Origin: Actinomycetes bacterium
Lineage (GTDB): Bacteria > Actinomycetota > Aquicultoria > UBA3085 > Oleimmundimicrobiaceae
Assembly: GCA_030614255.1 (NCBI GenBank)
Contig: JAUWKI010000002.1
Location: 4,449-68,448, forward strand
Length of the DNA: 64,000 nucleotides
Reading direction: 5' to 3'
In this document: positions 50,977 to 58,916 of the stretch, piece after piece
How positions within the stretch are numbered: the first letter of the stretch is position 1
Layout: the number at the start of each line of letters is the position of its first letter
Notes under the pieces: generated by a model
The model's database searches: none
Told to the model about the DNA's origin: nothing
What the model saw: the letters and a program-made list of their open reading frames with translations, nothing else
Program-made: the position numbers and the translations under genes

Positions 50977-51867
50977 CTAAACGTTTCCAAGATGGACATG
51001 TTTTAACTTCTTAAGTGCAATTTCCTCGGCCATCCTCAATGTTTTAAGAGACGTCGGCGGTTCCGAGTATTCAAGATAAGGAAAATAACGGCTAAAATGC
51101 AAGGGGGTTTCCTTGCCAACTTTAGATGCTACCCACTCAACAAGCTTTTCAATCTCCTCTCTTGAATCATTTAAGCCCGGAACTAATAAATTAGTCAATT
51201 CAACGTGACATTTTTTACTGGCAATTTCAACAGTGCGCAACACCGGAGCGAGCTTTCCACCAAGTTTTCTGTAAATCTCATCGGAAAATCCTTTCACGTC
51301 GATATTCATAGCATCAATATATGGCAACAACTTTTTAAGAGGTTCTTCATTAACATAACCGTTGGTGACCAAAACATTCTTCAGTCCGTTTTCGCGAGCA
51401 AGCTTGGCGGTTTCATAGACATACTCAAACCAGACAAACGGCTCATTGTACGTATATGCCAAACCAATATTATCATTTTTAAGATAAGCTAAGGCGAGGT
51501 CAACCGCCTGTTTTGGAGACAAAGAATCGGTCACCCTGGAGACAACCTTCTCCATATCCTCACCGGGGAAAACTTCACGAGGTTGAGCAATTTGCCAATT
51601 TTGACAGAAGGGACATGCCAAATTACAGCCAATGCTTCCCAAAGATAAAATCATTGTTTTGGGATGAAAATGATAAAGCGGCTTCTTTTCTATGGGGTCG
51701 AGATTGCAAGAGCAGATTCTACTGTAAGTCAACGCAACAAGAGTTCCGTCGATATTCTTTCTGATACAGCATATCCCTGTTTTACCAGGAGAAATTACAC
51801 ATTTATGGGGACAAAGAAGACACTTTACTTTCTTATCAGGCCTCTTTTCATAGAATTTAGCTTCCAT
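50977..51867 (-). CDS. Radical SAM enzyme, AmmeMemoRadiSam-system (AmrS) / PFL-activase-like
   Basis: N-terminal Cys cluster (CLLCPHKC...GIC) plus the CNLACPFCQNW radical SAM motif. 296 aa. Confidence 0.7.
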   Translation of the reverse strand: MEAKFYEKRPDKKVKCLLCPHKCVISPGKTGICCIRKNIDGTLVALTYSRICSCNLDPIEKKPLYHFHPKTMILSLGSIGCNLACPFCQNWQIAQPREVFPGEDMEKVVSRVTDSLSPKQAVDLALAYLKNDNIGLAYTYNEPFVWFEYVYETAKLARENGLKNVLVTNGYVNEEPLKKLLPYIDAMNIDVKGFSDEIYRKLGGKLAPVLRTVEIASKKCHVELTNLLVPGLNDSREEIEKLVEWVASKVGKETPLHFSRYFPYLEYSEPPTSLKTLRMAEEIALKKLKHVHLGNV

Positions 51868-51970
51868 GAACCACGCCCCCTTACCTCTCGATACAATTAT
51901 AACGTAAGTGCCCTTAATAAGACTTCAATTTTTCAACACAGGCATCAACTATAGATAAAACTTCCTTATG

Positions 51971-52036
51971 ATTTTCATTCTCCACTTTTTCGTAAGACCA
52001 GGCAACTCTGTGCCAGGTATTTGGCATTTAACTTTA
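51971..52036 (-). repeat. Dispersed ~60 bp element R1 copy 2
   Basis: About 90% identical to 41688-41748. Lies about 100 nt upstream of the AmrS-like gene start. Confidence 0.6.
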
Positions 52037-52039
52037 CCC

Positions 52040-52260
52040 ATTACCCTATACCAACCAGTCGGTAGTTTCTTAGTGGGAAGTCGGCAGTTTGCCGGCCAAA
52101 TTACTGATTTTACTATATTCCATATTCTATACTCTATATTCCATTCACCATCTGCTATCTGCCCCGCCAAAGGCGGGCAAGCATCTGCTATCAGCTATCT
52201 AGTCGGTAGTCCGTAGTCTGGAGTCGGTAGTTTGTTGGCTAGATTGCTGGTCTTACTATA
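52040..52260. repeat. 220 bp spacer built from phased heptamers (ATAYTCY units; AGTCGGT AGTCCGT AGTCTGG AGTCGGT) plus four GTCGGYAGT words and a CCCGCC-AAAG-GCGGG hairpin
   Basis: Direct reading. Lies between tRNA-Arg and the AmrS-like gene. Confidence 0.75.
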
Positions 52261-52262
52261 CT

Positions 52263-52338
52263 CTATACTGTTTGGCGCGCTCGACGGGATTCGAACCCAC
52301 GACACCAGGCTCCGGAGGCCTGTGCTCTATCCACTGAG
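52263..52338 (-). tRNA. tRNA-Arg (anticodon CCG)
   Basis: 76 nt cloverleaf GCGCTCGTAGCTCAGTGGATAGAGCA...CAGGC-CTCCGGA-GCCTG...GGTTCGAATCC...CGAGCGCGCCA with CCA encoded. Confidence 0.85.
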
Positions 52339-52446
52339 CTACGAGCGCATAAAACCAGTTAACAATAAGTAGTTGGTGGTTAATAGCAAGTGATGGTGAC
52401 CGTTTCTTCTATCTTTACTACTTATTTATTATGCTCGTACAATTAA

Positions 52447-53154
52447 TTAAAATAAATTGCTCTCAATTAACTCAAATAGGTTCTTGATTACCAAACAATC
52501 AGGGTCTTTGGAATTTAAATCACTCTTGCGACTAATAAGAACCGGCATAATGCCAACGTTTCTCGCACCCAAAACATCGGCATAGTAATGATCTCCAACA
52601 TGAACAACTTGAGCCGGCTCAATTCCTATTTTTTCGAGCCCAAGCTCAAAAATTTCGGGTTGAGGTTTAATGCTCCCGACAAGAGCTGAAGAAATTATAA
52701 ACTCCATGTACTTAGAGAGACCGAGCTCTTGGCAAAGCTCAGGCAACCTTCTATCCCAGTTTGAAATTATCCCAAGTTTAATCCCCTTCGATTTAAACTC
52801 CTTAAACGCGGGAACAACATCTGAGTAAGACTTCCATCTCTCTCTCCTCCCAAACTCATCGTAGATTGCTCGGGCTATCACCCGAGCATCGCCGTCAACA
52901 CCCACTTCGCGAAGGAGAAGCTCGTAAAAGTCCTCCCACATAGTAACGGCCTCTTTTTCGTTCATCCAGAAAGAGTCATCTTTTTCATATCTTTGCTCAT
53001 AATATTCATCGGCCATTTGCAAAGCCCTTGAAATCTCATCCAAGCTTGCCTTGTAACCATATCTGCACATAACCTCAAGACAAACTGCCCCAACAGAAGG
53101 ATGGGGATATAGTAACGTATTCCCTGCATCGAAAAAAACTGCTTTATAGCCCAT
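52447..53154 (-). CDS. HAD-superfamily phosphatase
   Basis: 235 aa. The FDAGNTL N-terminal motif I (DxG) is typical of HAD hydrolases. Confidence 0.8.
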   Translation of the reverse strand: MGYKAVFFDAGNTLLYPHPSVGAVCLEVMCRYGYKASLDEISRALQMADEYYEQRYEKDDSFWMNEKEAVTMWEDFYELLLREVGVDGDARVIARAIYDEFGRRERWKSYSDVVPAFKEFKSKGIKLGIISNWDRRLPELCQELGLSKYMEFIISSALVGSIKPQPEIFELGLEKIGIEPAQVVHVGDHYYADVLGARNVGIMPVLISRKSDLNSKDPDCLVIKNLFELIESNLF

Positions 53155-54420
53155 TTATTCGCTTCCCGCCTGTTCTCTTTCGGCTTTTGCCCATCTTCTC
53201 AAAAGATACGGCTTCATTCTCTCAAAAATGCTCGCCACTCCCCCGACAACAGCATCTGCTAACTCCTCAGAAACAACACTCGCTTCTAAAGCAAAGGCAG
53301 CCGTTCTTCCGTAATAAAGAGGTATTAAGCTCATCAATATTTTATCTTCATCTCCATCAAAACAATACGCAACGGCAAAATCGTAAACTATTCTTGCCCA
53401 TAAATCGGCAGGAAAATTAAAACCGTCGTTCTTAAGCCGCGCGAGATGATTCACCTGGCGAAAATTCCTATCGGAAAGAATCTCTTTCCATAATTCTCTA
53501 TACTGGAAGCTCCCTTGTCTAAATTTTTCAATCAACTCAGGGGTAGCCACCTTTATTTCTTCAAGCTCAACAAAGTGGAACTTGCCTATAACTCTTACTT
53601 CCGTACTTGCCTTAACCAGCTCCCACTTCATTTTATATCTTCTCATTAAACTAAAAAGGGTGCCGGTAACCTGTTTAAACATCGGGCTAATGTCTTTACC
53701 GGGGTCTCTCGCATCGTGAACCTTGGCTCCAAGAGATGCCTGGCAAATCCTAAACCCTTCAGTAATAGCTGTGGTGGTCATCCATATATCTATACCAAAT
53801 CTTGAAACATCGGTGTCATAATTCCATAAACGCTGATGATTAAGCGCGGTGATTAATCCACCGGAGAGGCCAAAATCGCCTCCGATTGGCTGTCTTATCC
53901 TTAAACCATATAGAGCTTGAGTAAGCGGGTAGACAAGTGAATTTGTTATCGTGGCGTCATGCTTATCCCTTAAATAATAAGGGGCAACATAGCCATAGCT
54001 GTGAAGATAGATGGGTTCAGCCAACGCTCTCACCCAAGCGGGAGTTATGCTACGAGTATCAGCATCCATCGTCAAGCACATCTTTGCCCCTAATCTTTCC
54101 GAAATCTCAAAAACGGTTCTCAAAGCGCTGCCTTTCCCCGGTATCCCCTTGTAACAAGTAGTAATCTTATCTATTCCGTCTGCAACGGGTGTTTTTAAGA
54201 ATATTTCACGCGTCCTATCTTTAGAGCCACCATCCGAATTAACAATAACCGCCTTAAGATCGGGGTAATAAGTAGTCAAACCTTTTCCAATGGCAGTCAC
54301 AACTTTGTTAATCGTTCTTTCGTTGTAATAACTTGGGATTCCAACGACAATATCGGCCCTATCTATCTTCTTAACTTTTGATGCGACTTCTTCGTGAAGA
54401 ATATCTGATTTCATAAGCAA
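53155..54420 (-). CDS. GT-A fold glycosyltransferase (glucosyl-/mannosyl-3-phosphoglycerate-synthase-like)
   Basis: 421 aa with an N-terminal IVVGIPSYYNE nucleotide-sugar-binding start and a DAD motif. Its pairing with a HAD phosphatase suggests a two-step glycoside (compatible solute) synthesis. Assignment is tentative. Confidence 0.5.
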   Translation of the reverse strand: MLMKSDILHEEVASKVKKIDRADIVVGIPSYYNERTINKVVTAIGKGLTTYYPDLKAVIVNSDGGSKDRTREIFLKTPVADGIDKITTCYKGIPGKGSALRTVFEISERLGAKMCLTMDADTRSITPAWVRALAEPIYLHSYGYVAPYYLRDKHDATITNSLVYPLTQALYGLRIRQPIGGDFGLSGGLITALNHQRLWNYDTDVSRFGIDIWMTTTAITEGFRICQASLGAKVHDARDPGKDISPMFKQVTGTLFSLMRRYKMKWELVKASTEVRVIGKFHFVELEEIKVATPELIEKFRQGSFQYRELWKEILSDRNFRQVNHLARLKNDGFNFPADLWARIVYDFAVAYCFDGDEDKILMSLIPLYYGRTAAFALEASVVSEELADAVVGGVASIFERMKPYLLRRWAKAEREQAGSE

Positions 54421-55241
54421 CTCCTTTTAGAAATTTTAATAGCTACCTTATCTCCTTCTTTTAAGCCAAAAAAACTGGCAGCATTACCTCCATTGATAGC
54501 TAAGCTAAGATAATTGGTAGAGTCAATCAAAACTAAAGAGCTACAAGTTAAAACATCCCCGAAGGTACGACAAAAAGGTATTACCGCACTTTCCTCCCGC
54601 CATGAAATTTCAATAATTGCCCCGTAAGATAAACCCAGTTCAACCAATTTTTTGCCTGAAATATTTAAATGGATTGTCCCAAATTTATCAATATCTACAA
54701 TCTCACACTCAATTTTGCCTTCTCTTGAAGCAACCGTTTCTTTCCATGGCGCCTGGCTCAAACTATTACTTGATATCTCGACTCCAATATCCTCCAAGTT
54801 TACACCATTAGCCAAATGACCGGCGACAGGAGCAAATATATCTCTCGCATGAAAAGTAGGGCAAGTAGGTTTGAGGATATATTCATCATTGCTAATTTCA
54901 ATTGCTCTAGCCACTCCCCCCAGTCCTTCCGCTACAGGAATTAAGAGTCCGTTGTCCGGCCCAACCAGATAATCGCCGCGCGCAACTTCTAAAACGATAG
55001 AACGTCTTTCGGTACCAACTCCCGGGTCCACGACCGCCAAATGGACACCTAGCGGCATAAAGGGAAGACTGGAAGACAGAACAAAAGAAGCTTTTTTGAT
55101 ATTGAAATTTGGGATACCGTGACTTATATCGATTATTTGAGCACCCGGCGCTATATTTAAGATGACACCCTTACAAACGCCGACCCATCCATCTTCAAAA
55201 CCAAAATCCGAGGTAAAACTGATAAATTTCTTCATTTCCAT
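54411..55241 (-). CDS. SAM hydroxide adenosyltransferase family protein (DUF62, fluorinase/chlorinase-like fold)
   Basis: 276 aa. The sequences SDFGFEDGWVGVCKGVI and DISHGIP are typical of DUF62 SAM-cleaving enzymes. Confidence 0.7.
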   Translation of the reverse strand: MEMKKFISFTSDFGFEDGWVGVCKGVILNIAPGAQIIDISHGIPNFNIKKASFVLSSSLPFMPLGVHLAVVDPGVGTERRSIVLEVARGDYLVGPDNGLLIPVAEGLGGVARAIEISNDEYILKPTCPTFHARDIFAPVAGHLANGVNLEDIGVEISSNSLSQAPWKETVASREGKIECEIVDIDKFGTIHLNISGKKLVELGLSYGAIIEISWREESAVIPFCRTFGDVLTCSSLVLIDSTNYLSLAINGGNAASFFGLKEGDKVAIKISKRSCL

Positions 55242-55420
55242 TAATCTTAAATTAACAGAGAAAATTTGACAAGGAAGAAGTAAAAAGGAGAGGTGATAAT
55301 TTACTTAAATGGTTATTAGTATTCAATTGTTACCGTCCTAGTAGCAGAATCCCAGCCAATGCCCTCTTCATCAATGCCAAGTGAAAAGACGATGTGTCTA
55401 CTTTTTAATTAGTAAATTTT

Positions 55421-55999
55421 CTAAATCAATCCTAACCGATATTCTTTCACTTTTGACCTAAGGGCCTTCGCGCCCCCAACAAACTTATCCAACTCTACCC
55501 AAAAGCTCTTGCTATGATTCTTTATTTTTAAATGAACAAGCTCGTGAAGGATTACATAATCAATTAATTCGTCTGGCAGATACACCAGTTTCATATTAAG
55601 ATTGATGTTGTTTTTGGAAGAGCAACTGCCTAACCGGGTCCTTTGATTCCGAATAAATACCTTGTTATAGATAAAACCATGTTTCTCTGCCAGCTCATTT
55701 AATCTATTGATAAGCATTTCCTTTGCTTTAACCCTGTCAATACTGATAGAGTTGTTTAAAAAAGAGATGTGCTCCTGCTCCACCTGTTTCATCTTATTCA
55801 GATGCTTTTGTATCCAGGTGACTCTGGAATAAACAATCTTCTCAGCTCTTCTGAAGGATAAACCATAAGGAATTGCGACCCGAACCCCTTTAAATGGCTT
55901 TACTGTAATATTTAAATGTTTGGCCCGCTTACTTCGCTCAAAAAGCACGGGGCCTATGCCATCAATCTCAATGGTTGTGGATTTAACCATTAGAAACAT
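55421..55999 (-). CDS. YgjP-like zinc metallo-hydrolase (DUF45, HExxH)
   Basis: 192 aa with HELVHL near the C-terminus. Confidence 0.65.
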   Translation of the reverse strand: MFLMVKSTTIEIDGIGPVLFERSKRAKHLNITVKPFKGVRVAIPYGLSFRRAEKIVYSRVTWIQKHLNKMKQVEQEHISFLNNSISIDRVKAKEMLINRLNELAEKHGFIYNKVFIRNQRTRLGSCSSKNNINLNMKLVYLPDELIDYVILHELVHLKIKNHSKSFWVELDKFVGGAKALRSKVKEYRLGLI

Positions 56000-56263
56000 C
56001 CTTTCCTCCTCCCTCAGAATAACGTAAAATCGCCATTTAGATAATAGAAATTATTAAAAGGGTAAGGAAACGAAGAGGCCTTTGGATTCGTTTGCAAAAA
56101 CTCAGGTTCTAAACATGAACTAATACTTTAGCAAAGGATAGTTTACCATTCGAAGCTCGAATTCATAAAATTAGCCCTTCTTCACTCTTACGAGTTACGG
56201 AAGGGCATTCTTCGCCTCAAGTATGATAAATTGGCTTACCATGAGCGAACAAAGTGAGCCGAA

Positions 56264-56340
56264 TGGTGGCGCATACGGGGCTCGAACCCGTGATCTCCGC
56301 CTTGAGAGGGCGGTGTCCTAGGCCACTAGACGAATGCGCC
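56264..56340 (-). tRNA. tRNA-Glu (anticodon CTC)
   Basis: 77 nt GGCGCATTCGTCTAGTGGCCTAGGACA-CCGCC-CTCTCAA-GGCGG...ACGGGTTCGAGCCCCGTATGCGCCACCA with a Glu-type D-arm and CCA encoded. Confidence 0.8.
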
Positions 56341-56512
56341 ACTAACTGCACTTTTACTTCCAAAGATTAACCCAATTTTATGGAGGGATGATATCTTGAA
56401 AGAAATTACAACGAAAAGTATAACTTTTTAAAGAATAATTGACAACTTCATTCGTCCTCGATATTTAAACGGAGCTCATAGTAAATCCAGTTCCTTAGAT
56501 TTCAAAATTTCT

Positions 56513-56809
56513 TTAGTCTTTCTTCTTTTTTAAGTTCCTTTGACTTTCTTCCAACTCTTTCTCTTTTCTATCATGTTCCGTCGAGTGCTTATTTAAAAAA
56601 TAAGCGGCTGCCAAGGCCGACAGCAAAACTGCTAAAAGCAATAAGAGATTGAATAAATCAACCAAGAAAATTCTTATCGACTCATATCCTCCACTCTTTG
56701 CCGCCTGGAACATGCCAAACGCACCTAAGAAAATTATTGCTATACTTAGAAAAATACCGACTCTGAACACATAATTTTTATAGCCATCGCTCACATTAAA
56801 TCTCCCCAA
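56513..56809 (-). CDS. Small hypothetical membrane protein
   Basis: 98 aa ORF with two hydrophobic helices and a Lys/Glu-rich tail. No homology recognised. Confidence 0.3.
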   Translation of the reverse strand: MGRFNVSDGYKNYVFRVGIFLSIAIIFLGAFGMFQAAKSGGYESIRIFLVDLFNLLLLLAVLLSALAAAYFLNKHSTEHDRKEKELEESQRNLKKKKD

Positions 56810-57208
56810 AAATACATAATTACTCGCTAATTATACTTTTATTTCAAAGCACTTTTTTCTATTTAAACTCTAATCACCTTTATGCTCTCAGCTTTTCATT
56901 TTACCACTTTATTAAACTTGGACTTAAACACCTAAAACTATTGAAACTTACTGAATATATCCTTTTGGGAAATTCCATCGAGAAAAGTTGTTGGCTCTCA
57001 CGAGGAACTCCTAAAAGAGAAATTTTTAAATTTGCCAATCAGCCAGATAATTATTAAATGAGATTTTCCACTTATGACATAATTAAACCTTTTAACTTCA
57101 ATAATAACCACTTGCTGATTTTCTCTTTATTTTGCTATTGTTATAAGCTAACTTTATCGCAACATTTTAAATCTTAAGCTCATTTATATTAACAGAAAGG
57201 GGATTTTC

Positions 57209-58444
57209 ATGAGTTCTAGCTTTTCCAAAAATCGAGGTTGGACCGTCACCCTGGCAGGTACTGGAATTAACCTGGCTCTCGGTGTCTTATATACTTGGAG
57301 CATCATCGCCAAAAAAATGACAACTGACTGGGGTTGGTCTTCATCAAACGCTTCTATGCCCTACGCGATTGCCTGTGGTGTTTTTGCAATAATGATGGTT
57401 TTTGCCGGTCGCGCGCAGGATAAATTGGGTCCGCGCATTGTCGCCTCCGTTGGTGGCGCCCTAACAGGCCTTGGCATGATTCTTGCCAGTTTTGCCACAA
57501 AAGGTAATATGACCTTGATGATTTTTGGTTTTGGAATTCTAGCGGGCACGGGCATCGGTCTTGGATATGCTTCTGCAACACCAGCGGCAATCAAGTGGTT
57601 CCCGCCAGCTAAAAAAGGTCTTATCACGGGGATAGTGGTTAGCGGCTTTGGTCTTGCTTCCGTTTATATTGCTCCCGTCACCGAAGCTCTGTTGAAGAAT
57701 TTCGGCATCAACCAAACTTTTTTGATTCTCGGTATCGCTTTCTTCATCATAACAGTTGGATTATCTCAATTTTTAAACAATCCCCCATCTGGATACATTC
57801 CTGCCGGTATGTCAGCTTCTTCGGCTTCAACCACGGCTAGCTCTAAAAAACACGAGTATGACTGGCACGAAATGATTAAGACTCCCCAATTCTACTTACT
57901 ATGGTTAATGTATGCCTTCGCTGCATTTGCGGGCCTTATGATTATTGGTCACTTGGCCAAAATCTCCGCTGCTCAACTACCCGGTGTTAATCTAGGATTC
58001 CTCTTGGTTGCCATCTTGGCCATTGGTAACGCTTCCGGTCGAATCATCGTTGGCAGTGTTTCTGATAAACTAGGCCGTACCCGCACAATGCTTCTGGTTT
58101 TTCTGTTTCAAGCGCTGATGATGGGGGTCTTGGCCATATCAACCACATCAATCCTTTTAATTGTTTCCGCTACTTTAATCGGCTTTAACTACGGCGCCAA
58201 TTTATCATTGTTCCCCGCAGCTACCGCAGACTACTTTGGCACTAAGAATCTTGGCGTCAACTATGGCCTAGTCTTTACAGCCTGGGGCGTTGGAGGCGTA
58301 TTCGGCTCACTGGTTGCGGGAAAAATTGTCGATGCTACCGGTTCTTACTCAACGGCTTACTTGATTGCAGCAGTTCTTTGTATTATTGCTTCAGGAATAA
58401 CCTTTATTACTAAAGCTCCAAAGGAAGTCTGTGCTAAAGCATAA
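57209..58444 (+). CDS. MFS transporter (oxalate:formate antiporter-like family)
   Basis: 411 aa, 12 predicted TM helices, MFS signature. Confidence 0.8.
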   Translation: MSSSFSKNRGWTVTLAGTGINLALGVLYTWSIIAKKMTTDWGWSSSNASMPYAIACGVFAIMMVFAGRAQDKLGPRIVASVGGALTGLGMILASFATKGNMTLMIFGFGILAGTGIGLGYASATPAAIKWFPPAKKGLITGIVVSGFGLASVYIAPVTEALLKNFGINQTFLILGIAFFIITVGLSQFLNNPPSGYIPAGMSASSASTTASSKKHEYDWHEMIKTPQFYLLWLMYAFAAFAGLMIIGHLAKISAAQLPGVNLGFLLVAILAIGNASGRIIVGSVSDKLGRTRTMLLVFLFQALMMGVLAISTTSILLIVSATLIGFNYGANLSLFPAATADYFGTKNLGVNYGLVFTAWGVGGVFGSLVAGKIVDATGSYSTAYLIAAVLCIIASGITFITKAPKEVCAKA

Positions 58445-58558
58445 GCGGTAGGGACTACATGAACCACAAACTAAAATATTATTTTCATATGAATTTTCCA
58501 GCTAGATTTCGCCAAAGCGATAGAGTAATTTCATTTTTCATTGAGGATTAAAGAATGT

Positions 58559-58632
58559 TGGCTGGGGAGGAAGGATTCGAACCCTCGCAACGGGATCCAG
58601 AGCCCCGTGTCCTACCACTAGACGACTCCCCA
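58559..58632 (-). tRNA. tRNA-Gln (anticodon CTG) with a U1-A72 first pair
   Basis: 74 nt TGGGGAGTCGTCTAGTGGTAGGACA-CGGGG-CTCTGGA-TCCCG...GAGGGTTCGAATCCTTCCTCCCCAGCCA. The CCCCAGCCA 3' end and U1-A72 pair are tRNA-Gln hallmarks. Confidence 0.75.
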
Positions 58633-58679
58633 CTATAACCAAGTATAAATATTATCATAAAATTAAGTTCCAAGTCCTT

Positions 58680-58916
58680 CTTGAGATTGCCGCGTCGCCT
58701 AACGGCTCCTCCCGCCAGAGGCGGGCAGGCATAATGACGGGGAAGTGTTGCTCTAATCTCTCTACTTGATTTCTACTGAGTGTTGATATTGAAATTAATG
58801 GTAATTCATTGAAACTAATAGTAATTTATGGTAACTAACTGAAATTTCCACCAATTACCACTTAATCTCCACTTAATTACAACTTAATTTCTATTTAATC
58901 CTTACCCCTATCCCCT
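58680..58916. repeat. Heptad-periodic spacer between the gltX copy 2 stop and tRNA-Gln (TTAAT/GGGTAAW units), with a CCCGCC-AGAG-GCGGG hairpin
   Basis: Minus strand reads GGGTAAT GGGTAAA GGGGATA GGGTAAG GATTAAA ... in phase for more than 150 nt. Confidence 0.7.
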
